DNA of 32,000 nucleotides, from the NCBI GenBank assembly GCA_028698185.1, contig JAQVDW010000020.1, positions 1 through 32,000 on the forward strand, read 5' to 3'. Origin of the DNA: Erysipelotrichaceae bacterium. Lineage in GTDB: Bacteria; Bacillota_I; Bacilli_A; Erysipelotrichales; Coprobacillaceae. The notes below the pieces were generated by a model. That model saw only the letters and a program-made list of their open reading frames with translations. It made no database searches and was not told the DNA's origin. How positions within the stretch are numbered: position 1 is the stretch's first letter; every line of letters starts with the position of its first letter. This document shows, piece after piece, positions 9,036 to 16,625 of this stretch. Both the position numbers and the translations under genes were made by a program.

Positions 9036-9328
9036 GGTTGCTGGTTATCGTCACACTCACATAATCGCCGATTCCCTTGGCAATCTGTTTCTGGATCGCT
9101 TTGGTGATTCCGATGATGTAGAAGATCGTTCCGTCATCATTTTTCAGGCCCATGTTGACCACGCTGCTTGAATACTCAACTCCATCGAACGTCGCAATGA
9201 CCTTGACCCTCCCCTTGGCGAACTCCTTTTTCAAATCGTAAGGGAAAACCACATAGCACCACCCTTGCCTATCGTCGAAGCCTGGATTTTGGCTTCGTAA
9301 TCATATGTCTTTTTCACGATAAGTCATC

Positions 9329-9886
9329 CTATATCCAGATCTTGGCCCGGAATCCCCGGGATCCGTAGTACGAATCAGCTCCGTTATGATATGTGAAGAC
9401 CGTATCATAGCGGCAGTCGCCGAATATGGCTCCGCTAAGTCTCCGGATGCTTTCAGGCGTTTTCAGCCAACTCGACGTTTTCAAGTCGTAACGTCCCGTG
9501 CCTTGAAGCAGGGCATATTCCGCCTGGTCGATAAGTTCCACGCCCATCTGGGTTGCCATTTCCAGGGCGCTCGATTCGGGCGGAAACTTCTTGCGACCAA
9601 GACGCGCCGGGCCGTCGTAGCAGAGGTTCCTTCGCCCTTTTGGCGATTCCTTGGCGCAATCCACAAACAGATAGCGGCCACTTTCTTGATCATAGCCGAT
9701 CACATCCACCTGTCCACCGGTGGCCTCCATCCGGGAAAGGGCAGCCAATTTTTCCGGATTGTCTTTCAATCTTTTTTCCACATCGGCCCAATCAATTCCG
9801 GGATGGCGCCCTGCAAACTCGTTGAAGCGTTGCCGCAATAACCCGATCAGTTCTTCCTGTTGTCCGACTTCCAAAACAGCTTCCAT
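9329..9886 (-). CDS. DUF4256-family protein
   Basis: MEATGGQVDVIGYD..RYLFVDCAKESPKGRRNLCYD...TSSWLKTP..IRRLSGAIFGDCRYDTVFTYHNGADSYYGSRGFRA matches DUF4256 as I remember it. I place the start at ATG 9886 (MEAVLEV) with SD AAAGGAG. The upstream part of the track ORF is probably untranslated. Confidence 0.75.
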   Translation of the reverse strand: MEAVLEVGQQEELIGLLRQRFNEFAGRHPGIDWADVEKRLKDNPEKLAALSRMEATGGQVDVIGYDQESGRYLFVDCAKESPKGRRNLCYDGPARLGRKKFPPESSALEMATQMGVELIDQAEYALLQGTGRYDLKTSSWLKTPESIRRLSGAIFGDCRYDTVFTYHNGADSYYGSRGFRAKIWI

Positions 9887-10096
9887 GATTTCTCCTTTCA
9901 AGGACGGATCCGCAAATCGTTCCGCCTGTTCCATACATCCATTTTCCGGTTTGAAAAGCCTCCAAGTCAAGCGATATGATAATTTACAATAGAGCACCCA
10001 ACCGGCACATCGAGATGGCGCTGTCAATATCTTCGGCTGTCAGCTCCAATTTTTTTTGCGAATCGCCCAAAAATGTAAGCCTTGTAAACGGATTTG

Positions 10097-10105
10097 TGGT
10101 ACAAT
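10097..10105 (+). promoter_or_regulatory. Candidate extended -10 element (TGgTACAAT) upstream of the mrp operon
   Basis: TGgTACAAT lies ~50 nt upstream of the mnhE ATG. No good -35 is visible. Confidence 0.3.
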
Positions 10106-10155
10106 TAAATCAACAAATAGATTGAAATGTTTCTTAAAACTGCAGAGGAGGACTT

Positions 10156-10653
10156 ATGAACAAACTGAAAAACAATATACTCTTATCGCTTGTCCTGGTT
10201 GCCGTCTGGATTGTTCTCAACGGGAATTTCACATTGCCGACCGTCTTCACCGGAATGGTAATGGCGGTAATCACAATCATGCTCCTGGCAATGCTCCATC
10301 CTCACCAAAGCGACCTGTATGACTACCATATCAACCCGCTCACACTGGCGCTGTTTCTCGCGGTCCTTTTCAAGAACATCTACATCAGCGCCTTCAAGAC
10401 CTCAGTAAACCTAATCAAAGGCCGGATCGATCCGAAATTCGTTACCGTCACGACCAGGATCCATCGTCCGTGGCTCCAGTCATTGATCGGTAACGCCATA
10501 ACCCTGACTCCGGGCACCGTGACTGTCCACCTTGCGAAAAACAGGTACGTGGCCTTGTGGCTGTGCCCCGAATCTGAAGATCTTGACCAAATAAGAGAGG
10601 AATTGCTTGGCGAATTTGAAGATGCCCTGGCAAAAGGTGACCGTGATGCTTGA
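10156..10653 (+). CDS. mnhE: Mrp/Mnh antiporter subunit E
   Basis: 165 aa with the typical MnhE layout (two N-terminal TM helices, then ...GNAITLTPGTVTV...). SD AGAGGAGGA is present. It is the first gene of a tightly overlapping operon. Confidence 0.8.
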   Translation: MNKLKNNILLSLVLVAVWIVLNGNFTLPTVFTGMVMAVITIMLLAMLHPHQSDLYDYHINPLTLALFLAVLFKNIYISAFKTSVNLIKGRIDPKFVTVTTRIHRPWLQSLIGNAITLTPGTVTVHLAKNRYVALWLCPESEDLDQIREELLGEFEDALAKGDRDA

Positions 10654-10900
10654 TCTGCTTTTTCCGTTTTTTGTAGGTTGCGGCCTGCTTTTCCTGTTCC
10701 TTCTAGTCAAGGGTCCATCGATATGGGACCGGCTTTTATTCCTCAACCTGTTTTTCATCTTCATGCTTTTGACCATTATTGTCTACGCCTTGATGGTTGA
10801 AATCGATTATCTTCTCGATATCGCCATTGTCTATGCCTTGCTTGGCTTCATCGGCATTGTCTTCACCGCCAGGTTCATCCAACGAAAGGGGAAAATATGA
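10646..10900 (+). CDS. mnhF: Mrp/Mnh antiporter subunit F
   Basis: 84 aa with 3 TM (GPSIWDRLLFLNLF...DIAIVYALLGFIGIVFTARF). ATG 10646 overlaps the end of mnhE (GTGATGCTTGA). Confidence 0.8.
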   Translation: MLDLLFPFFVGCGLLFLFLLVKGPSIWDRLLFLNLFFIFMLLTIIVYALMVEIDYLLDIAIVYALLGFIGIVFTARFIQRKGKI

Positions 10901-11208
10901 TGGAGATCTTCAAACTTATCGGTGCCACCCTGATTCTTTCCGGAATCATCTTCCAGTTTTTTGGGATCTACGGCATTGTCGTTCACCGCAACTTTTTTGT
11001 GAACCTGTCCCTGTCCTCTCTGATCGACTCCGCGGGTCTTTTCGCCATCCTGATTGGCCTTATCTTCTACAATGGCCTGAACATGGCCTCGCTCAAAATC
11101 GGATTCATAATTCTTCTGATGCTCCTTTTGAATCCCTTGTCGAACCACATACTAGGCCGGGGGGCCTATTTGAGCAACTACCACCCCCAAAGGAGGGCGA
11201 AAAAATGA
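10897..11208 (+). CDS. mnhG: Mrp/Mnh antiporter subunit G
   Basis: 103 aa (GATLILSGIIFQFFGIYGIV.HRNFF...). It shares an ATGA-type overlap with mnhF. Confidence 0.8.
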   Translation: MMEIFKLIGATLILSGIIFQFFGIYGIVVHRNFFVNLSLSSLIDSAGLFAILIGLIFYNGLNMASLKIGFIILLMLLLNPLSNHILGRGAYLSNYHPQRRAKK

Positions 11209-11780
11209 TTCTCGACCTGTTTTACTTGTCACTGATCGTCTTTGCGATTCTCGCGGTGCAAAGCCGCAGCCTGCGCAATGCCGTGATCTACCTGGCGGTT
11301 TTTTCCCTGGTCTGTTCCATTGTATACTTGCTTTTGAACGCCCCTGATGTGGCTATCGCCGAAGCGACCATCGGCTGCACCCTGTCGACGATTCTTTATC
11401 TTGTCGCCTTGAAGAAATACAAGATTTTCACGGTATATTACAACTGTTACTTCAATGATGAAAGCCATCTGGCCATCCTCCAGAAGGAACGCGACCAGAT
11501 CCACCGGATTCTTAGAGACTTTGCGGTTGGCCAGGAGCTGCAGCTCGACCTTATCAACACGGCAACCAGTTTCACAAAGCTCAAGGAAAGCGTGACCTGC
11601 GATGTCGTCATTTTCCATAGCCCAAGTGGGATATGGCTCCATGGGATCAAAAACAGCTACCAGTACCAGAAACTGCTGGAACTGCTAAAAAACCAGGAAG
11701 ACCTGGTCAAAGAAGGAAAATTCATAGAAGGAGAGGATTGGAGCGATGAAGATAACCCGACTGATAGCCAGACACCGTAG
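11205..11780 (+). CDS. DUF4040/MbhD-like Mrp membrane subunit with an unassigned ~110-aa soluble C-terminal extension
   Basis: The first ~80 aa (MILDLFYLSLIVFAILAVQSRSLRNAVIYLAVFSLVCSIVYLLLNAPDVAIAEATIGCTLSTILYLVAL) look like DUF4040. The remainder is hydrophilic alpha/beta-like with an acidic tail. ATG 11205 overlaps the mnhG stop (ATGA). The first 136 codons of track ORF 10797..11780 are out-of-frame read-through. Confidence 0.65.
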   Translation: MILDLFYLSLIVFAILAVQSRSLRNAVIYLAVFSLVCSIVYLLLNAPDVAIAEATIGCTLSTILYLVALKKYKIFTVYYNCYFNDESHLAILQKERDQIHRILRDFAVGQELQLDLINTATSFTKLKESVTCDVVIFHSPSGIWLHGIKNSYQYQKLLELLKNQEDLVKEGKFIEGEDWSDEDNPTDSQTP

Positions 11781-12030
11781 GAAAATGATTGCAACCTGGC
11801 TTGTAATCGTATTTGCGCTTATGGCATCCTTGCCTTTACAATCACATCCCGGCAGCCAGGAGCTGTATCACTATATCACCGCCAATTTCATGGAAGATAC
11901 CCAGGCGGCAAACGCGGTGACGGCCATCTATCTTGACTACAGGATGTTTGACACCTTGTTTGAGACGCTGCTGCTCCTGGTCAGCGTAATCGGCATCATC
12001 TATTTCTCAGCTCATGAGGGGGACTCCTGA
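11746..12030 (+). CDS. MnhB-domain N-terminal-type subunit (MbhE-like)
   Basis: ANAVTAIYLDYRMFDTLFETLLLLVSVIG matches the conserved MnhB-domain motif (VTAILLDYRGYDTLGE-like). SD GGAGAGGA is present. It overlaps the previous gene by 35 nt; the alternative ATG at 11785 has no SD. Confidence 0.65.
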   Translation: MKITRLIARHRRKMIATWLVIVFALMASLPLQSHPGSQELYHYITANFMEDTQAANAVTAIYLDYRMFDTLFETLLLLVSVIGIIYFSAHEGDS

Positions 12031-12416
12031 TGGAAAAACATTCAAAACTGCTGCGGGTAACGATGGGCGCCATCTACCCGTTCATCATCATCTTCGGCCT
12101 TTATGTGATTTTCAACGGCCACACGACCCCGGGGGGCGGCTTCCAGGGCGGCGCCATCTTGAGTGCTGTGTTCATCGTCCAGTATTTCACGACCTATCAA
12201 AAGACAACAAGTCTCCAGCTGCTAAACAAGATTGAAAAAATCCTGTATCTTGCCCTTGTGCTTGTCGCAATCCTGTTCGTCTTCGAATTGCGCGGCAGCG
12301 TCCCGGACATGTTCAAACCCTATTATCTAGTCACGATGAACACCCTGATTGGCATTAAGGTCGCCTGTGGATTGAGCATCATCTTTTACCGCTTCGTCCT
12401 TTTTGAAAGCAGGTGA
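12030..12416 (+). CDS. mnhB: Mrp/Mnh antiporter subunit B (core)
   Basis: NGHTTPGGGFQGGAILSAVF matches the MnhB HxTPGGGFQGG signature. A TGATG overlap joins it to the previous ORF. Confidence 0.8.
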   Translation: MEKHSKLLRVTMGAIYPFIIIFGLYVIFNGHTTPGGGFQGGAILSAVFIVQYFTTYQKTTSLQLLNKIEKILYLALVLVAILFVFELRGSVPDMFKPYYLVTMNTLIGIKVACGLSIIFYRFVLFESR

Positions 12417-12420
12417 TTCA

Positions 12421-12771
12421 ATGAACAGCGGATTTCTCGATGGCACGCTTGTGGCCCTGGCGCTTTTTGCGATTGGCGTCTATGGCCTGCTCGCGCGCCA
12501 CAACATCATCAAAACCATAATGTCATTTGGCATTGTCCAGGCGGCAATCATCCTTTTCTTTCTGAATATCAATTACACCCTCACGCTTTCGCCACCCATT
12601 GGTGACGGGTCAAATATGGCTGACCCTTTTCCCCAGGCACTGATGATCACCGCGATTGTCATCGGCGTGGCGGTAACCGCGGTGGGGCTGACAATGTTCA
12701 TGAGCCTCTACCACCATTACGGTTCGACCAACTGGGTCAAGATCCAAAAAATGCGAAAGGAGAGAAAGTGA
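12421..12771 (+). CDS. mnhC: Mrp/Mnh antiporter subunit C (NuoK-like)
   Basis: 116 aa with 3 TM, NuoK/MnhC-like (GVYGLLARHNIIKTIMSFGIVQAAIILFF). I place the start at ATG 12421 after SD AGCAGGTGA. Confidence 0.8.
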   Translation: MNSGFLDGTLVALALFAIGVYGLLARHNIIKTIMSFGIVQAAIILFFLNINYTLTLSPPIGDGSNMADPFPQALMITAIVIGVAVTAVGLTMFMSLYHHYGSTNWVKIQKMRKERK

Positions 12772-14366
12772 TGGGATTATATTGGTTTATTGTCCTGCCC
12801 CTGATAATCGGGCTTCTTTTCTACTTCTCCCATTCCTACTTGACCCGGGTCGCCGTCCTGGTTGCCCAGCTAGCTTTTTTCATCCTGGCTTTGCGCAACT
12901 TCTGGGAAGTCAAACAGGGTGGGATGAAGCTCGAAATTGTCGGCGGCTATGACCTGGGCGTGGGAATCGCCCTCAAAGCCGACCTGTTTTCAAGCACCAT
13001 GGTCGTCCTGACGGTCTTTTTGTTTAGCTGCATGCTCCTGTACAACCTTAACAAGAGCTATGTCAACCATCTGTTCCTGTTTCTGTTTGTCGCTTTGGAA
13101 GGTCTGATCTGCGGGATTTTCCTTTCGAACGACCTTTTCAACATCTACGTGATGATTGAAGTATCAACTATCATTGTCTCAATCCTGATCATCTTCAAAA
13201 AGGACTCCCAGTCAATCTATGATGGGATTATCTACTTGTTCGCCAACCTTACCTCGATGACCCTGTTTCTTCTTGGCATCGGCTATATCTACAAGATATT
13301 TGGCACCACAGATCTTGCATTGCTTGCGCAAATGATCCCATTGACCACAGATGGGCGCACTCTGATCGTCCCGTTCGCTTTGCTGGTAACGGCAGTCTGT
13401 CTCAAATCGGCGATCATGCCCCTGTTTTCCTGGCTGCCCAAGGCCCATGGCACAGCCTCGGCCCCCTCGATTGTCTCGGCGATCCTTTCTGGACTTTATG
13501 TAAAGGGCGGGGTCTATCTCTTTGTGCGGATTTTCGACCTTTTCATGCCAGTGTTCGACGAGGCGACGATATTCATGGTTTTTGGGTTTTTGACTGCGGT
13601 CATCGGATGGGTTTTCGCCTTGAGCCAGCGCGACATCAAGCTGATGCTCGCCTACAGTACCGTCAGCCAGATCGGGGTCATCGTTTTCGGCCTTTCGCTT
13701 AATTCGACCTACGGCTACTGGGGTGCCATCTACCACATCCTCAACCATGCCATCTTCAAATCGACCCTGTTTTTGACTGCAGGAATCATCGTCGATGAAT
13801 ATCACACCCGCGACATCACCAAGATATCCGGGGTCATGGCCCGGATGCCGTACGTCTCGATTGCCTCGATTTTCGCCATCCTGGGGATAACCGGGGCTCC
13901 CCTGTTCAACGGCAGCTTCTCGAAGAACCTGATTGAAAAGGGGATGAGCGATTCCCTGGTGTTCGAATTGGCATTTTTCATCATCAATATCGGAACCATC
14001 CTGATTTTCATCAAATACGGCCAAATCTTCAAGGGCTCATCGGCCAAAAAATCCCATATCAGATGGAACCAGAAGTTCGTCATCATGCTTCTGGCTTTGA
14101 CCTGTTTTTTGATGGGGATATTCGGACCATTCCTGATCGAATTCCTGTTTGGCTTCGAGACGACGGTATCCTGGTCCGCCTATCTTACCAAGTTTTTAAT
14201 CTATGGTTTGACACTGGCATGCGGCTACCTTTTCTACCGCGTCGTCTACTTGAAGGTGCGTCTGTTTGGCTATATCCAGGCCATGGAGCTTTCTTTCAAC
14301 GAGATAATCATGGCCATATTTGTGTTTTTTACCGGATTTTTGATTCTTCTGATTTTGCAGACCTGA
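12768..14366 (+). CDS. mnhD: Mrp/Mnh antiporter subunit D (NuoN/NuoM-like proton-conducting subunit)
   Basis: 532 aa, multi-TM, with a Proton_antipo_M-like core (SAIMPLFSWLPKAHGTASAPSIVSAILSGLYVKGGVY...LAYSTVSQIG). The start is GTG 12768 or ATG 12771, overlapping the mnhC stop. Confidence 0.85.
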   Translation: MMGLYWFIVLPLIIGLLFYFSHSYLTRVAVLVAQLAFFILALRNFWEVKQGGMKLEIVGGYDLGVGIALKADLFSSTMVVLTVFLFSCMLLYNLNKSYVNHLFLFLFVALEGLICGIFLSNDLFNIYVMIEVSTIIVSILIIFKKDSQSIYDGIIYLFANLTSMTLFLLGIGYIYKIFGTTDLALLAQMIPLTTDGRTLIVPFALLVTAVCLKSAIMPLFSWLPKAHGTASAPSIVSAILSGLYVKGGVYLFVRIFDLFMPVFDEATIFMVFGFLTAVIGWVFALSQRDIKLMLAYSTVSQIGVIVFGLSLNSTYGYWGAIYHILNHAIFKSTLFLTAGIIVDEYHTRDITKISGVMARMPYVSIASIFAILGITGAPLFNGSFSKNLIEKGMSDSLVFELAFFIINIGTILIFIKYGQIFKGSSAKKSHIRWNQKFVIMLLALTCFLMGIFGPFLIEFLFGFETTVSWSAYLTKFLIYGLTLACGYLFYRVVYLKVRLFGYIQAMELSFNEIIMAIFVFFTGFLILLILQT

Positions 14367-14384
14367 CATATGGAGGTGACACAC

Positions 14385-14840
14385 ATGCATAAAAAATACC
14401 CGAAACCCGACCTGGAAACAATAAAGTCCAGGCTTACCGGATTGCAGTTTGCCGTGACCCAGGAACAGGCGACGGAACAGCCTTTTTCCAACGAGTATGA
14501 TGATTTTTTCGAAGAAGGCATCTATGTCGATATCGTCACCGGCCAACCGGTGTTCAGTTCCCGGGACAAGTTCGACTCCCATTGCGGTTGGCCGAGTTTC
14601 ACGGGACCCATTGAACCTGAAAGCGTCGTACTTAGCGACGACTACAGCCACCACATGCATCGCATTGAGGTCAAGAGCGCTGCGGGTGCCTCCCATCTTG
14701 GTCATGTCTTTGATGACGGGCCAATAAATAGCGGCGGGAAACGCTATTGCATCAACAGTGCTTCCTTGCGTTTTGTCAAAAAAGCCCAGCTTGAAAGCGA
14801 GGGCTATGGCGAATATCTCAAGCTATTTGAAAAGGAATAG
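14385..14840 (+). CDS. msrB: Peptide-methionine (R)-S-oxide reductase
   Basis: [12 protein letters not shown] and [14 protein letters not shown] are present. I place the start at ATG 14385 after SD GGAGGTGA. Confidence 0.92.
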   Translation: MHKKYPKPDLETIKSRLTGLQFAVTQEQATEQPFSNEYDDFFEEGIYVDIVTGQPVFSSRDKFDSHCGWPSFTGPIEPESVVLSDDYSHHMHRIEVKSAAGASHLGHVFDDGPINSGGKRYCINSASLRFVKKAQLESEGYGEYLKLFEKE

Positions 14841-14862
14841 GTTCAACTCCCTATTCCTTTTC
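14829..14862. terminator. Bidirectional hairpin shared by convergent msrB and pirin
   Basis: A perfect 12-nt inverted repeat, GAAAAGGAATAG (14829-14840) and CTATTCCTTTTC (14851-14862), with a 10-nt loop. Both arms are the last four codons (E-K-E-stop) of the two genes. Confidence 0.55.
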
Positions 14863-15699
14863 ATATCGAATTTTTTCCTTGATGAATGTGCCATTCTCGA
14901 GATCCGCGAACGCCTGCCTTAGTTCGTCATTGGTGTTCATCACGATCGGACCACCCCATGCCACCGGTTCCTTAAGGGCCTTGGAGCTCATGAAAAGCAC
15001 CTGGACGAAATGGTCTCCGGCGGTGATGGTAACCTCGGTCGCCTCAGTCAGCTTGACGGCCGATTTTTCCGCAATGGCCGTACCATCAACGATTATCCCG
15101 TTGACCAGAGTGAACAACATCACGGACCGGTCAGCCTCCACTGCGATGGTGATGCTGCCATGGGGGTTGAGATGGATGTCATAATAATCAAGGGGCAGAT
15201 GGCTGCCCATATGGCCCTGATGGTCCAGATATCTGCCGGCAAGAAGATGGAGCTGGCCATGTTCGATCGGAATTTTCTCGATCATCTCTCTTTTGATCGC
15301 ATTGTAGCCCGGATAGCACATCTTATCCGCTTCAGGCAGGTTGAGCCACAGCTGCACCCCTAGAAGCAGCTTCGATTCTGGCAGCCGTTCCTCATGCATG
15401 ATTCCTGAACCGGCGCACATCCATTGGACCTCGCCCTCCCCGATTGCATCCTCATTGGCCAGGGAATCCCGATGGACCATCTTTCCCTTGTAGACATAGC
15501 TGATTGTCTCGATGCCCCGATGAGGGTGGAGCGGAAATCCGGCCAGATAGTCGGCGGGGTTGTCGCTTTGGAAGGAATCGAGCATCAAGAAAGGGTCAAA
15601 TTCAGTGACTGTCCGGTTCGACAGGACCCGGACCAGGTTGACCCCCGCCCCGTCACGGGTCGGATAGCCGGTTACTATTTTTTTAATTTTTGCTTCCAT
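14851..15699 (-). CDS. Pirin-family protein (bicupin)
   Basis: HPHRGIETISYVYKG and GEVQWMCAGSGIMHEE are present. SD AAAGGAGAC is present. Confidence 0.9.
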   Translation of the reverse strand: MEAKIKKIVTGYPTRDGAGVNLVRVLSNRTVTEFDPFLMLDSFQSDNPADYLAGFPLHPHRGIETISYVYKGKMVHRDSLANEDAIGEGEVQWMCAGSGIMHEERLPESKLLLGVQLWLNLPEADKMCYPGYNAIKREMIEKIPIEHGQLHLLAGRYLDHQGHMGSHLPLDYYDIHLNPHGSITIAVEADRSVMLFTLVNGIIVDGTAIAEKSAVKLTEATEVTITAGDHFVQVLFMSSKALKEPVAWGGPIVMNTNDELRQAFADLENGTFIKEKIRYEKE

Positions 15700-15754
15700 T
15701 TAATGTCTCCTTTGTTTTGTGACTTGATCGACTTCCATATTGAATAACGTTATC

Positions 15755-16102
15755 CTAATGGTGATTATTGTTGTCTTTACACCAGATCGCGATATCCTGG
15801 ATCAGTTGTTTATCTACCGGGATACTGTAGGGCATCTGGATGGCCACTTTGCTTGTGTGATAGGGACTCAGCCTGTCCTGGAAATGGGCAATCGCCTCCG
15901 GTCCGGGATAGATGCCAAAATGATTCTTGAACGCGGCGAAATGGATGATGTTGCGCTCCTGGTAAAAGGTCGGCATCGCCCAGGAAATCTTCTCTCCGGC
16001 TTCGGGCAGGGCTTCCTTAAGTGCAAGATACACATCGATTAGTATCGGCCGGATTTCCTCTTTCTGGTTTTCGATATAGGTTTCAATTGCGCTGATTTCC
16101 AT
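15755..16102 (-). CDS. DUF1801 (YdhG-like) domain protein
   Basis: ISWAMPTFYQERNIIHFAAFKNHFGIYPG is typical of DUF1801. I place the start at ATG 16102 after SD GAAGGAGAAG. The upstream 45 codons of the track ORF lack an SD. Confidence 0.7.
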   Translation of the reverse strand: MEISAIETYIENQKEEIRPILIDVYLALKEALPEAGEKISWAMPTFYQERNIIHFAAFKNHFGIYPGPEAIAHFQDRLSPYHTSKVAIQMPYSIPVDKQLIQDIAIWCKDNNNHH

Positions 16103-16289
16103 GAGTCTTCTCCTTCGATCTTTCGTATGCGGCGCTGAATTCATCGGGCTTATCCTACTGACCGTTTTCCAGGCAAGGTCATTGGATTCTCGTCGCTGTT
16201 GAGCCCTTATGGTACGATCCCCCCACTTCTTATTCAATCATATTCCGGTTTGATCAAAAACGCAAAAAATAACCCTCGCAAAATCGTTT

Positions 16290-16320
16290 TTGACATCCCA
16301 ATATCGATGGCTTGTATAAT
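16290..16320 (+). promoter_or_regulatory. Sigma-A type promoter with extended -10
   Basis: TTGACA (16290-16295), a 19-nt spacer, then TGTATAAT (16313-16320). The spacer is longer than optimal. Confidence 0.45.
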
Positions 16321-16361
16321 CCAGGAGAAGTGGTACAATTAAGTAAATGAAGGAGGTTCAT

Positions 16362-16580
16362 ATGGATATTCAAGACAAGATTGAAGAAATCATAGCCAAG
16401 ATCAAGAGCGATCCTGATTTTGCGGCAAAATTCAAGGCCGATCCGGTTGCAGCCCTCGAAAAGATCCTGGGTATCGACCTGCCCGAAGGACAGATCAATG
16501 CCATTATCGATGGTGTCAAAGCCAAGATCGGACTTGACCAAGCCGGCGACCTGCTGGGAAAAGTCAAAAATTTATTCTGA
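16362..16580 (+). CDS. Small (72 aa) acidic helical protein, family not recognised
   Basis: SD GAAGGAGG lies 6 nt before ATG 16362. It has its own promoter and a strong terminator. Amphipathic repeats are visible (DPVAALEKILGIDLPEGQINAIIDGVKAKIGLDQAGDLLGKV). Confidence 0.6.
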   Translation: MDIQDKIEEIIAKIKSDPDFAAKFKADPVAALEKILGIDLPEGQINAIIDGVKAKIGLDQAGDLLGKVKNLF

Positions 16581-16584
16581 AATC

Positions 16585-16624
16585 AAAAACCGGAATCAGC
16601 CCCAAAGGCTCTTCCGGTTTTTGA
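16585..16624. terminator. Bidirectional terminator
   Basis: AACCGGAA ... TTCCGGTT is the outer stem and AGCC/GGCT is an inner stem. It is flanked by an A-run and a T-run and sits between convergent genes. Confidence 0.7.
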
Positions 16625-16625
16625 T

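Larger units (their letters stand above)
8881..9327 (-). pseudogene. DUF1905-family gene with an in-frame TGA at codon 9; the residual ORF is 8881..9252
   Basis: The track ORF (GTG start at 9252) reads VFPYDLKKEFAKGRVKVIATFDGVEYSSS...IGITKAIQKQIAKGIGDYVSVTI, which is DUF1905-like. The same frame upstream reads ATG(9327) MTYREKDI-TGA-LRSQNPGFDDRQGWCY, matching the family N-terminus. That ATG lies 1 nt after the DUF4256 stop. The 3' end reads through a terminator and a promoter into the next gene. Confidence 0.5.

Noticed and set aside
9386-9992. Several 68-151 aa ORFs on both strands inside the DUF4256 gene
   Set aside because: They overlap a gene with strong family-level similarity and have no translation signals of their own.
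10797-11204. N-terminal 136 codons of the 327-aa track ORF 10797..11780
   Set aside because: This is out-of-frame read-through across mnhF and mnhG, with Pro/Ser/Arg-rich non-membrane sequence. The real start is ATG 11205, which overlaps the mnhG stop.
13212-14024. 270-aa minus-strand ORF (and the 94-aa ORF 13802..14086)
   Set aside because: Both are antisense to mnhD. Their charged Asp/Gly/Arg-rich composition is the usual mirror image of a membrane-protein gene.
14196-14705. 169-aa minus-strand ORF spanning the mnhD end and msrB
   Set aside because: It is antisense to two well-supported genes and crosses their intergenic SD. It has no family resemblance.
14838-14856. tRNA T-loop-like string GGTTCAACTCC
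   Set aside because: It is the loop region of the msrB/pirin inverted repeat. No acceptor, D or anticodon arms can be drawn around it.
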